DNA from: Nitrospirota bacterium
GTDB taxonomy: Bacteria; Nitrospirota; Thermodesulfovibrionia; Thermodesulfovibrionales; Dissulfurispiraceae
Direction: 5' to 3'
Length of the DNA: 64,000 bases
Assembly (NCBI GenBank): GCA_040758355.1
Contig: JBFLWF010000007.1
Coordinates: 38,573 to 102,572, forward strand
In this document: positions 49,321 through 58,349 of the stretch, piece by piece
How positions within the stretch are numbered: the first letter of the stretch is position 1
Layout of the letters: every line of letters starts with the position of its first letter
The notes under the pieces: model-generated
What the model saw: the letters and a program-made list of their open reading frames with translations, nothing else
Database searches by the model: none
Told to the model about the DNA's origin: nothing
Position numbers and translations under genes: made by a program

Positions 49321-49773
49321 TTATCTGTCCATTGTTTTTTTGTATCTTTCTATAAAACCGACGATTTCGACAATGAACTTTTCAATATCGGAAAGATGAC
49401 CTTTAAGTATTTGGTAAATCTCTTCGGAACTTATCTCATGATAAAGATGCACCATCCTGTTTCTGTATCCGGCCATCTTTATGAGGTTTTTTGAGTATTC
49501 GTTATTAATGACGCCTTTTTCTCCAAGCTCAATGGCGATGTTCTTGTATTCGAGGTCTTTGAAGCCATAGCTCTTTGCAAGTATATGCCTGCCGATATCG
49601 AATACGGCTTCCAGCGAACGCCTTAGATAGCTTTCTGCTGCAGCGGGGTTTCTCCTGTCTGAAAGGAACTCATCTTCCGTCATCAAAGAGAGTCTTTTTA
49701 GCTCGATAAGAAACTCCTGTATAAGGGAAAGGTTTTTTTCTATCTTATCTGTTTGCAATCTCGAAATAACCAT
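49321..49773 (-). CDS. HEPN/DUF86 (HepT-like) RNase toxin
   Basis: RNRMVHLY (RX4HXY); overlaps MNT gene. Confidence 0.88.
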   Translation of the reverse strand: MVISRLQTDKIEKNLSLIQEFLIELKRLSLMTEDEFLSDRRNPAAAESYLRRSLEAVFDIGRHILAKSYGFKDLEYKNIAIELGEKGVINNEYSKNLIKMAGYRNRMVHLYHEISSEEIYQILKGHLSDIEKFIVEIVGFIERYKKTMDR

Positions 49774-50173
49774 CCTTGACCGCCTCCAAAAAGTCTTTCT
49801 CGAACTCGATTTTTTTATAAGAAAGGTCTGCTGCCCGTTTTGTTACCAATTCTTCATAATCGTCAAGAAAAGATTCGTCTTCGCAGTATATAAGAGCGCC
49901 TTTGATTGCCTCGTATTGGAAAAGGGCATCCGTTTCCTGAAGAAAGACAATATCTATATTGAAAGGCCTGAATGAAAGAGAAAGGTCAACATAGAGATCG
50001 CCATATGCCTCGAATTTTTTTTCGGGCAGTTTTTCAAAAACTATTCCTATATCGAGGTCAGAGCCTTTTTCAATATCAACAGATTCTCCTTTTAGGAAAG
50101 CAATACCCCTCTCCTTTTGGGAACCGAAAAGATAAGCGATTTTAACTTTATGTTTTCTGAATAATTCTTCCAA
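49745..50173 (-). CDS. Minimal nucleotidyltransferase (MntA-like) antitoxin
   Basis: YLFGSQ...SDLDIG..IDIV. Confidence 0.85.
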   Translation of the reverse strand: MEELFRKHKVKIAYLFGSQKERGIAFLKGESVDIEKGSDLDIGIVFEKLPEKKFEAYGDLYVDLSLSFRPFNIDIVFLQETDALFQYEAIKGALIYCEDESFLDDYEELVTKRAADLSYKKIEFEKDFLEAVKDGYFEIANR

Positions 50174-50308
50174 TGATATTGCCTCTCGTTGTTTTGAATT
50201 AATTGTATCACAAATGCGAGGTGTGTAACACGTTTTTACAATTTTGAATAATTTAATAACAAAGACCGGAATTATGGGCGAAATGAAGCAAGTATAGTGA
50301 AGTGAAAG

Positions 50309-50557
50309 TTATCTTTTGAATTTAGGTTCGTATCTATGACATTCAAAATTATTTTCTTCTCTTTGACCGACTCGGGTTAAAACACACTGAATTTCATCGA
50401 TACCTCCCCTGTCGTCTTTTTTGCATATTACACACAGGCCTGGTTTTGGAAGCAAGTCTGAATATATCTCGCTTCCATCGTAGTCATAGATTACTGTCGT
50501 GTCGATCTCGATGTCTATTTCGATGCCTATTTGTGAATAAAACCTGAATATAGCCAT
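50309..50557 (-). CDS. Hypothetical Cys-containing protein
   Basis: DGSEI..PKPGLCVIC..C..R..FEC; start uncertain. Confidence 0.55.
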   Translation of the reverse strand: MAIFRFYSQIGIEIDIEIDTTVIYDYDGSEIYSDLLPKPGLCVICKKDDRGGIDEIQCVLTRVGQREENNFECHRYEPKFKR

Positions 50558-50560
50558 CTT

Positions 50561-51202
50561 CTATTTTATCCCCAAAATTTCTCTCAATTTTTTACTGCTC
50601 GTATAATTACTGCCATCAATGGCAATTTTATTTTTTAGGTTCAATACCTGCCCGGTTGGCAGTGAGATTCCACATGGAAAGGCTTCAATTAAAGCCTTAC
50701 CATTGAGCTTGAAGGCAAGCGCAACTTTTACATTTTCTGACCAGTTAATTTTTGGATTTTGTAATTTTGAGAGCAAGTAATCTGAACAGGATTTTACTAG
50801 ATCAAAATATTTTCGATTATTTCTTTTAGTTGTATAGTCCATGGCAAAAGGCAAAGAGTCTATTAAGAGAAAATGTTCTTTTGCTAACTGCTTAAGACAT
50901 TCATCAATATTATTCTTGGGTGGCTGAGATGGGGGAAAAGCATACCAAACACGTCTAACCCAATTGCCATCGAAGGTTTTATAAAAATATCTTATATCTT
51001 TACCTTCTTCCGTCCAAGGAGGCGCTTCGCCAATTAACAGGTATTTAACCTCAGAGTTATGAAAATTTTTGAGGTTACTCTCCCATGCTTCTTCACATGT
51101 TTGGAAAATTTCATTTAACCGATTTGCATTTATATTGTCTCCAAACAAATCTTTCAGGATATTAAATTGCTCAGGAAATCTATGCTGTAATTCTTTTTTC
51201 AT
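50561..51202 (-). CDS. Hypothetical AT-rich protein, possibly UDG-like fold
   Basis: 213-aa ORF; VKYLLIGEAPP resembles UDG-superfamily motif A. Confidence 0.65.
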   Translation of the reverse strand: MKKELQHRFPEQFNILKDLFGDNINANRLNEIFQTCEEAWESNLKNFHNSEVKYLLIGEAPPWTEEGKDIRYFYKTFDGNWVRRVWYAFPPSQPPKNNIDECLKQLAKEHFLLIDSLPFAMDYTTKRNNRKYFDLVKSCSDYLLSKLQNPKINWSENVKVALAFKLNGKALIEAFPCGISLPTGQVLNLKNKIAIDGSNYTSSKKLREILGIK

Positions 51203-51367
51203 TTTCTATGGCTAACATTTATTTTTATGCATATTCTGCAATTAGTAACATTATATCATGCCTGAAATGGAGCAGCAATCGTCGGGTTTGCGGAAGATGG
51301 ACTTCCGGCTATTTATTTTGACGAGTGAGACAGCTGTAATATATCATACATATCACAGGAGGCTGTT

Positions 51368-51607
51368 ATGAGAAGGACTACTATTTTTGCCGACGACGGT
51401 TTGATAAACGAAATAAAAGAGATTTCAAAGGAAGAAAACAGAAGTGTAGCTGAAATCGTAAGAGAGGCCATGCAAAGCTATATTAAACGCAAGAGGCACA
51501 AAAAGAAGAAACTGTCTTTTATAGGCATCGGCGACAGCGGCAGAAAGAATATTGCCGAAAAACACGAGGAACTTCTTTGGAAAAAGGATATAAGATTTGC
51601 AAGATAA
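51368..51607 (+). CDS. CopG/RHH family antitoxin
   Basis: MRRTTIFAD..SVAEIVREAMQSY..FIGIGDSG; SD AGGAGG. Confidence 0.82.
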   Translation: MRRTTIFADDGLINEIKEISKEENRSVAEIVREAMQSYIKRKRHKKKKLSFIGIGDSGRKNIAEKHEELLWKKDIRFAR

Positions 51608-51678
51608 TGACTACAGACAGAAGGCATTTCTCTGTTGTAAGGCCAAAACACTGCGAGGCTTTAATCCTGCTGCCGTAA
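51589..51678 (+). pseudogene. C-terminal remnant of PIN/VapC toxin
   Basis: KIMTTDRRHFSVVRPKHCEALILLP* resembles a PIN toxin C-terminus; N-terminal part absent. Confidence 0.75.
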
Positions 51679-51753
51679 ATTCACATTATAGTAGAAATTT
51701 CAACGATTAATCGGTTATTATACAAGCCGAAAATTTTTCATGGAGGTTTTGTC

Positions 51754-53478
51754 ATTAACAAAGAAGAATTGGAGATTCTCCGCCACAGCACATCCCATGT
51801 AATGGCGCATGCTATAAAGGACTTATTCCCTGACGCAAAGCTTGCCATAGGCCCTGCAACTGAAAACGGCTTTTATTATGATATCGATAGAGATGTTCCT
51901 TTTACTCCCGAAGATCTGGAAAAGATAGAAAAGAGGATGAAGGAGATTATCAAAAAGAACAACCCCTTTGTCCGCAAAGATATCTCAAAAACAGAGGCCA
52001 TAGAACTATTTAAAAAGATGGGCGAGAATTACAAAGTAGAGCTTTTGCAAGAAATACCGGACGAGACGGTATCCATATATGAAGAGGGCGGATTTGTCGA
52101 CCTTTGCAGGGGCCCACATCTTCCAAATACAGGAAAGGTAAAGGCATTCAAGCTTTTAAGCATTGCAGGCGCATACTGGCGTGGGGATGAAAAGAACAAG
52201 ATGCTCCAGAGGATTTACGGAACTGCATTTGACAATAAGGATGACCTGAATGCATATCTGAATTTCCTTGAAGAGGTCAAAAAGAGAGACCATAGAAAGC
52301 TCGGCAAAGAACTGGATCTCTTCAGTCTCAGCGATGAGATAGGTCCCGGACTCATCCTGTGGCATCCCAATGGTGCGATTATAAGAAAGACCATCGAGGA
52401 CTTCTGGAGAAACGAGCATATAAAGGCTGATTATAAGATTCTCTATACGCCGCATATCGCCAAGTTGAATCTATGGCAGAGGAGCGGCCACTGGGATTTC
52501 TACAGGGAAAACATGTATTCACCCATGGAGATAGACGAGGTTGCTTATGAATTAAAGCCGATGAACTGTCCATTCCATATAGACATTTATAAAAGTTCTT
52601 TGAAGAGCTATAGGGAATTGCCAATAAGATATGCTGAGCTCGGCACAGTTTATAGATATGAGCGTTCAGGGGTTTTGCACGGACTTCTCAGGGTAAGGGG
52701 CTTTACACAGGATGATGCACACATATTCTGCAGGGAAGACCAGATAGGGGATGAAATACTGAACATCCTCGATTTTACGCTCTTTATACTCAGGACATTC
52801 GGATTTGACGCATACGATGTTTATCTTTCAACCCGCCCTGAAAAATATGTGGGAACTCTGGAAAACTGGGAAAGTGCAACCAATGCCTTAAAACATGCCC
52901 TTGAGAAAAAGGGTTTGTCTTACCAGATAGACCCCGGGGAGGGTGTATTCTATGGACCCAAGATAGACATAAAGATAAAGGATTCACTGAACAGGTCATG
53001 GCAGTGCAGCACCATACAGGTTGACTTTAATAATCCAGAAAGGTTCGATGTCACATACAGGGGGAGCGACGGCAAAGAGCACAGACCTATAATGATCCAC
53101 AGGGCATTGATGGGCTCACTCGAAAGATTTTTCGGCATTCTTATAGAGCATTATGCAGGAGCGTTCCCTTTGTGGCTTTCACCTGTGCAGGCATCGGTAT
53201 TGACCATAGCAGAAAGACACGATGATTATGCAAAAGAAATATATAAAAAACTTAGAGAATCTGATATAAGAGTTGAGATTGTTCTTGAAAATGAAAAGAT
53301 AGGATACAAAATACGAGAAGCAACCGTGAGAAAAATCCCGTATCTTGTTATAATAGGCGACAAGGAAATTGCTGAAAATAAAATAACGGTCAGGAAGAGA
53401 AACGGCGAAAACATCGGGCCATTTACAATTGAGCAATTTATAGATATAATCAAAGACGAAATAAATACTCGTAAATGA
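51754..53478 (+). CDS. thrS: Threonyl-tRNA synthetase lacking N-terminal TGS domain; start ATT 51754 or TTG 51769
   Basis: [40 protein letters not shown]. Confidence 0.96.
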   Translation: MNKEELEILRHSTSHVMAHAIKDLFPDAKLAIGPATENGFYYDIDRDVPFTPEDLEKIEKRMKEIIKKNNPFVRKDISKTEAIELFKKMGENYKVELLQEIPDETVSIYEEGGFVDLCRGPHLPNTGKVKAFKLLSIAGAYWRGDEKNKMLQRIYGTAFDNKDDLNAYLNFLEEVKKRDHRKLGKELDLFSLSDEIGPGLILWHPNGAIIRKTIEDFWRNEHIKADYKILYTPHIAKLNLWQRSGHWDFYRENMYSPMEIDEVAYELKPMNCPFHIDIYKSSLKSYRELPIRYAELGTVYRYERSGVLHGLLRVRGFTQDDAHIFCREDQIGDEILNILDFTLFILRTFGFDAYDVYLSTRPEKYVGTLENWESATNALKHALEKKGLSYQIDPGEGVFYGPKIDIKIKDSLNRSWQCSTIQVDFNNPERFDVTYRGSDGKEHRPIMIHRALMGSLERFFGILIEHYAGAFPLWLSPVQASVLTIAERHDDYAKEIYKKLRESDIRVEIVLENEKIGYKIREATVRKIPYLVIIGDKEIAENKITVRKRNGENIGPFTIEQFIDIIKDEINTRK

Positions 53479-53542
53479 GTAAATAAGTAAATGAGTAATT
53501 GAAAAATAATGACTCAATAACTCAATAACTTAATAACTTAAT
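53471..53542. repeat. Paired inverted octamer arrays
   Basis: (GTAAATGA)-like then (AATAACTC)-like; overlaps thrS stop. Confidence 0.85.
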
Positions 53543-53557
53543 TTCGGAGGTGATAGC

Positions 53558-54061
53558 ATAAGTAAGGACACTGTAAGAGTTAACGAGGGGATAAGGGCAC
53601 GAGAAGTAAGACTCATCGATGATGAAGGCAAACAGCTCGGAGTGGTCTCTGTTCAGGAAGCTATCCGGATAGCACGGGATAGGGGTTATGACCTTGTCGA
53701 GGTTGCCCCCAATGCCACGCCGCCTGTCTGCAGGATAATGGATTACGGCAAGTATAAGTACCAGATGAGTAAAAAGCACGCAGCGCGGAAGACCATCGAT
53801 GTCAAGGAAGTAAAGATAAGGCCCCAGATAACAGACCACGACCTTCAGCTAAAGGTCAAAAATATCAGGAGATTCCTGGATGACGGCGACAAGGCCAAGG
53901 TTACCATGTTTTTCAGAGGGCGTGAGATTGTGAGGCCGGAATTGGGAATGAAGTTATTTGACAGGATACAGGAACTGCTTACCGGAAAGTTTCAGGTAGA
54001 ACAGCCGCCTAAGCTGGAAGGCAAGAGCATTACCATGGTGATAGCGCCATCAAGTAAGTAA
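53558..54061 (+). CDS. infC: Translation initiation factor IF-3, ATA start
   Basis: GGAGGTG then ATA AGT AAG..; VRVNEGIRAREVRLID, DLVEVAP..PPVCRIMDYGK, FRGRE. Confidence 0.95.
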   Translation: MSKDTVRVNEGIRAREVRLIDDEGKQLGVVSVQEAIRIARDRGYDLVEVAPNATPPVCRIMDYGKYKYQMSKKHAARKTIDVKEVKIRPQITDHDLQLKVKNIRRFLDDGDKAKVTMFFRGREIVRPELGMKLFDRIQELLTGKFQVEQPPKLEGKSITMVIAPSSK

Positions 54062-54128
54062 ATAAGTTATTAAGTGAATGAGTAAATGGGTAACCTCAAT
54101 AACTTAATAACTCAATGACTCGATTACT
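54056..54128. repeat. Paired inverted octamer arrays
   Basis: Direct reading; overlaps infC stop. Confidence 0.82.
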
Positions 54129-54153
54129 ATTTGTTTTAGAGAGGAGGATAGAA

Positions 54154-54354
54154 ATGCCGAAGCTTAAGACGCACAGAGGCGCTGCCAAGAGGTTCAAGGT
54201 GACAGGCAGCGGAAAGATAAAGAGATACAGGGCATACAAGAGCCATCTCCTGACAGGCAAGCCTGCCAAGAGGATGAGGAATCTCAGGAAGGGCGGTTTA
54301 GTGCCCGAGGTCCAGCAGGAAAACATCAAGAAATTATTGCCCTACATGTTTTAG
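54154..54354 (+). CDS. rpmI: 50S ribosomal protein L35
   Basis: [24 protein letters not shown]. Confidence 0.96.
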   Translation: MPKLKTHRGAAKRFKVTGSGKIKRYRAYKSHLLTGKPAKRMRNLRKGGLVPEVQQENIKKLLPYMF

Positions 54355-54355
54355 G

Positions 54356-54398
54356 ATTAAATAGAGGCGTGCGGCTTGTCCGCACGCCTCTATTTAAT
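54356..54398. terminator. Perfect 19-bp hairpin between rpmI and rplT
   Basis: ATTAAATAGAGGCGTGCGG-CTTGT-CCGCACGCCTCTATTTAAT. Confidence 0.7.
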
Positions 54399-54506
54399 TA
54401 AATCAGACTTGACGCCTGTATGGCTAATCTATTAAACTTTATATTCTTTGGAAAAACTTTTAAAGATTCTGTTCCGAGAAATTCAGGGTAGTAAAAGGAG
54501 GATACA

Positions 54507-54854
54507 ATGCCCAGGGCAAAAGGTGGTTTTAAGACAAGGAGATACCATAAGAAGGTCATGGATATGGCAAAAGGCCAGTACGGTGGAAGGCACCGTGTTT
54601 ACAAGGTCGCTGCCCAGGTCGTTGACAAGGGTCTCCTCGCAGCCTATAAAGATAGAAGGCTTAAAAAGCGTGAATTCAGGGCATTATGGATTGCAAGGAT
54701 CAATGCCGCTGTCAGGTCCCTCGGTATGTCTTACAGCCAGTTTATGAACGGGTTGAAAAAGGCAAACATTACCTTAAACAGAAGGGCCCTTGCCGATCTG
54801 GCATACAACGATCCCAAAGCCTTCAGCGAACTGGCAAATCAAGTAAAAGGTTAA
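54507..54854 (+). CDS. rplT: 50S ribosomal protein L20
   Basis: [37 protein letters not shown]. Confidence 0.96.
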   Translation: MPRAKGGFKTRRYHKKVMDMAKGQYGGRHRVYKVAAQVVDKGLLAAYKDRRLKKREFRALWIARINAAVRSLGMSYSQFMNGLKKANITLNRRALADLAYNDPKAFSELANQVKG

Positions 54855-54929
54855 TGGGTTAATGGGTGAATGAGTTAATGGGTGAATGAGTTAATGGGTG
54901 AAAACTCATATGCTCATTTACTCATTTAC
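54849..54929. repeat. Paired inverted octamer arrays (TTAATGGG-like / ACTCATTT-like)
   Basis: Direct reading; overlaps rplT stop. Confidence 0.88.
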
Positions 54930-54942
54930 ATTCTAAAGTCCT

Positions 54943-55950
54943 ATGATCGAAGACCTAAAACAGACATTCCTTGAAGAACTGAAGTCCGTAAAAAATCTTG
55001 CCGACTTATCCAGTCTCAGGGTCAAATATCTCGGCAAAAAGGGGATTATAACCTCGGAACTGAAATCCCTTTCGAAAGTCCCTCCAGAAGAGAGGCCGTC
55101 ACACGGCAAAAAGGTAAACGAAATAAAACAATTCATCGAAACAGAACTCGATTTGCAGGAGTCCCGATTAAAGCAAGAAGAATTAAAGAGACAACTGCTT
55201 TCAGAGTCCCTCGATATTACATTGAACGGCAAGTTCATTCCCTTTGGCAAAGAGCATCCAATAAATAAAGTCCTTTCGGAAGTAACGGATATCTTTGTTA
55301 AGATGGGTTTCAGCGTTGAGGAAGGACCGGAGGTTGAACTGGATTACTATAACTTCGAGGCACTGAATATTCCCAAAGACCACCCTGCAAGGGACATGCA
55401 GGATACATTTTACATAAGCGACGACATCGTTCTGAGAACCCATACCTCTCCTGTCCAGGTAAGGGTTATGGAGAAAAGGAAGCCGCCTGTGAGGTTTATC
55501 GCTCCCGGCAAGGTTTACAGGTGCGATGCAGATATAACCCATACACCCATGTTCCATCAGGTGGAAGGCCTGATGGTGGATAAGGGGATAACATTCAGCA
55601 ATCTCAAGGGAGTTCTTAAGGCGTTCCTCCATCAGATGTTCGGCGCAGATACGCCAGTGCGTTTCAGGCCGAGCTTTTTCCCATTCACAGAGCCTTCGGC
55701 AGAGGTTGATATTGGATGCATATTGTGCAATGGTGTTGGATGCAGGGTTTGCAAAGGGTCTGGATGGCTCGAAATCTTAGGTGCAGGAATGGTTAATCCG
55801 AGGGTCTTCGAATATGTGGGATACAATCCGGAAGAGTATTCTGGTTTCGCATTCGGCATGGGAATAGAGAGGATTGCCATGCTCAAGTATTCCATAGACG
55901 ATATAAGATTATTTTTCGAAAATGATATCAGGTTTTTGAGGCAATTTTAA
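54943..55950 (+). CDS. pheS: Phenylalanyl-tRNA synthetase alpha subunit
   Basis: [38 protein letters not shown]. Confidence 0.97.
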   Translation: MIEDLKQTFLEELKSVKNLADLSSLRVKYLGKKGIITSELKSLSKVPPEERPSHGKKVNEIKQFIETELDLQESRLKQEELKRQLLSESLDITLNGKFIPFGKEHPINKVLSEVTDIFVKMGFSVEEGPEVELDYYNFEALNIPKDHPARDMQDTFYISDDIVLRTHTSPVQVRVMEKRKPPVRFIAPGKVYRCDADITHTPMFHQVEGLMVDKGITFSNLKGVLKAFLHQMFGADTPVRFRPSFFPFTEPSAEVDIGCILCNGVGCRVCKGSGWLEILGAGMVNPRVFEYVGYNPEEYSGFAFGMGIERIAMLKYSIDDIRLFFENDIRFLRQF

Positions 55951-58050
55951 ATGCGCGTCCCTTTTGAATGGTTAAAAGAATTTATCGACATTAAGGAGTC
56001 GCCTCATGATGTTGCCCACAGGCTTACCATGATAGGTCTTGAGGTAGAGGCTGTCGAGCAGGTGGACAGTGATGTTGTCTTCGAGGTAAATGTCACTCCA
56101 AACAGGCCTGACTGTCTGAGCATTATCGGCATTGCGCGGGAGCTTTCTGCCGCATATAAAACCCCTCTTGTATTTCCTGATCACGATGTCCTTGCAGAAA
56201 CCGGGGAGCTTGATTTTAATGTTGATATTGTTAATGTTGATCTCTGCCACAGGTATGCAGGAAGGGTTGTGAGGAATCTCAAAATAGGCCCTTCACCTGA
56301 GTGGCTGAAGAAAAGGCTCGAAAAGTGCAGTATAAGATCGATCAATAATATTGTGGATGTCACGAACTATGTGCTTCTGGAATTGGGTCATCCCCTCCAT
56401 GCCTTTGACCTTAAAACTATTAAAGGCCGCCGCATTATAGTCGGTACATCTCATAGCATCAAGGGGATAGGGGCAAGGATCAAGTTTAAGACACTGGACG
56501 GTATCGAGCGTGAAATGCCTGATGACTCTTTACTCATATGGGATGCTGAAAGACCGATAGCAATTGCCGGCGTTATGGGCGGCATGGAAACAGAGGTTGC
56601 AGATTCCACTATGGACATATTTATCGAGAGCGCCTATTTCGAGCCGGTGTCTGTGAGAAGGACATCGAAGGCCCTCGGGTTGAAGACAGAATCCTCTTAC
56701 AGGTTCGAAAGGGGAACGGATATAAAGATGCTCAAGAAGGCCCTTGACAGGGCAGCATATCTGATGAAGGAAGTGGCGGGCGGCACTATTTGCGGAAAGA
56801 TAGATATTTATCCAAAGAGATACAAACCTGATGAGATAAATGTCAGATACAATAAGGTCAATGAGACACTCGGATTGAAGCTGACCAAAGAAGAGATTAT
56901 AGATTGTCTCGATGGATTGGGTTTCGAGATGAAAAAGTTGGCAAACAGCCTGAAGATAAAACCTCCGGCATACAGAAGGGATATAAAGAGGGAGATCGAT
57001 GTTATAGAAGAGGTTGCGAGGATTTATGGCTACGACAGGATTCCTGCACAACTGCCCAAGGCAACCATAGGCATAGATAGTCAGCAGTCAGCAGTCAGCA
57101 GTCAGCAGTCAAAGATTAAAAATAATATAAAGGAATCGCTTTTAAAATCAGGCTTTACAGAGGTAATCAACTACAGCTTCACGGGTATGCAGGACATCGA
57201 TCTGCTTGGAATCGGCGAAGACGATGAAAGAAGAAATCTCGTGCAGATAAAGAATCCATTGAAAATAGAAGAGTCATTTATGAGGACAACCCTGATGCCG
57301 GCATTTATAAAAGATCTGATTCACAACGTATCACACGGCAACAGGGAATTGAGATTATTCGAGATAGCAAGGGTGTTTATAAAAAGCAGTCAGGTTGAAG
57401 AGTCCGGTCTCCCGGAAGAGCGTGAACATCTTGCCGCCCTTTATTACAAGGAGAAAAGCAAGGCATTGTACAGGGATGATACGCCGGATTTTTATATCGT
57501 CAAAGGTGTTATCGAAGCTATTCTCAACGACCTCAAGATTTATGACTACTCATTTGTCAGGTCATCGGAGCCCTTTTTGCATCCCGGGCAGTCTGCAGAC
57601 ATATTCATAATGGACACTAAAATAGGATATGTTGGCGCCCTTTCTCCTGCTATTGTGGATTCTCTCGATATAAAGGCACACAAGCCTTCTGTCATTGTGA
57701 TGGAGATAGATATCGACAGCATAATCCCGTATGCAATGCAGGTGGTGAAATACAGACCGCTGCCAAGGTATCCATACATAGAAAGGGATACGGCGATAAT
57801 AGTAGATTCCTTACTTGAAGCAGCGATGCTCATGAAATGGCTAAAATCGTATCCTTCGGACCTTATTGAGGATATTTATGTCTTTGATGTCTATCAGGGG
57901 AAGAATATTCCTGAAGGCAAAAAGAGCATTGCGTTTAATGTGAGGTACAGGGCATCGGACAGGACTCTGAAGGACGATGAGATCGATACCCTGCACAAAT
58001 CACTGGTGGATTATATTCTCGATAAGTCTAAAGGACAACTAAGGCAGTGA
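55951..58050 (+). CDS. pheT: Phenylalanyl-tRNA synthetase beta subunit, short form
   Basis: TPNRPDCLS, SINNIVDVTNY, SSYRFERG, DVIEEVARIYGY, RDTAI. Confidence 0.95.
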   Translation: MRVPFEWLKEFIDIKESPHDVAHRLTMIGLEVEAVEQVDSDVVFEVNVTPNRPDCLSIIGIARELSAAYKTPLVFPDHDVLAETGELDFNVDIVNVDLCHRYAGRVVRNLKIGPSPEWLKKRLEKCSIRSINNIVDVTNYVLLELGHPLHAFDLKTIKGRRIIVGTSHSIKGIGARIKFKTLDGIEREMPDDSLLIWDAERPIAIAGVMGGMETEVADSTMDIFIESAYFEPVSVRRTSKALGLKTESSYRFERGTDIKMLKKALDRAAYLMKEVAGGTICGKIDIYPKRYKPDEINVRYNKVNETLGLKLTKEEIIDCLDGLGFEMKKLANSLKIKPPAYRRDIKREIDVIEEVARIYGYDRIPAQLPKATIGIDSQQSAVSSQQSKIKNNIKESLLKSGFTEVINYSFTGMQDIDLLGIGEDDERRNLVQIKNPLKIEESFMRTTLMPAFIKDLIHNVSHGNRELRLFEIARVFIKSSQVEESGLPEEREHLAALYYKEKSKALYRDDTPDFYIVKGVIEAILNDLKIYDYSFVRSSEPFLHPGQSADIFIMDTKIGYVGALSPAIVDSLDIKAHKPSVIVMEIDIDSIIPYAMQVVKYRPLPRYPYIERDTAIIVDSLLEAAMLMKWLKSYPSDLIEDIYVFDVYQGKNIPEGKKSIAFNVRYRASDRTLKDDEIDTLHKSLVDYILDKSKGQLRQ

Positions 58051-58127
58051 ATAGTCGATAGTGAACAGTGAATAGTTAAAGGAATTCAAATTTTTATTTT
58101 TTACTATATGCTGTTCACTATTCACTA
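58046..58127. repeat. Paired inverted heptamer arrays (AGTGAAT / ATTCACT)
   Basis: Direct reading; supplies stops of convergent pheT and copZ-like genes. Confidence 0.82.
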
Positions 58128-58328
58128 ACTACCGACTTTATATCCTGCTTTTTCGATTGCTGCTGTAATTTCTTCCTTCTTTGTCTTTGATTCATCGAAC
58201 TGAATGGTGGCGCTGCCCACAGCCACATCGGATTTTGTAACACCTGCAACTGCATCGATGGCCTTTTTCACCCTCGTCACGCAGTGCTGGCAGCTCATGC
58301 CATCGATCTTCAAAGTAGTCTCTGCCAT
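58125..58328 (-). CDS. copZ: Heavy-metal (copper) chaperone, HMA domain
   Basis: GMSCQHC, IEKAGY. Confidence 0.88.
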   Translation of the reverse strand: MAETTLKIDGMSCQHCVTRVKKAIDAVAGVTKSDVAVGSATIQFDESKTKKEEITAAIEKAGYKVGS

Positions 58329-58349
58329 TTTATAAGTCCCCTTCCTTTT

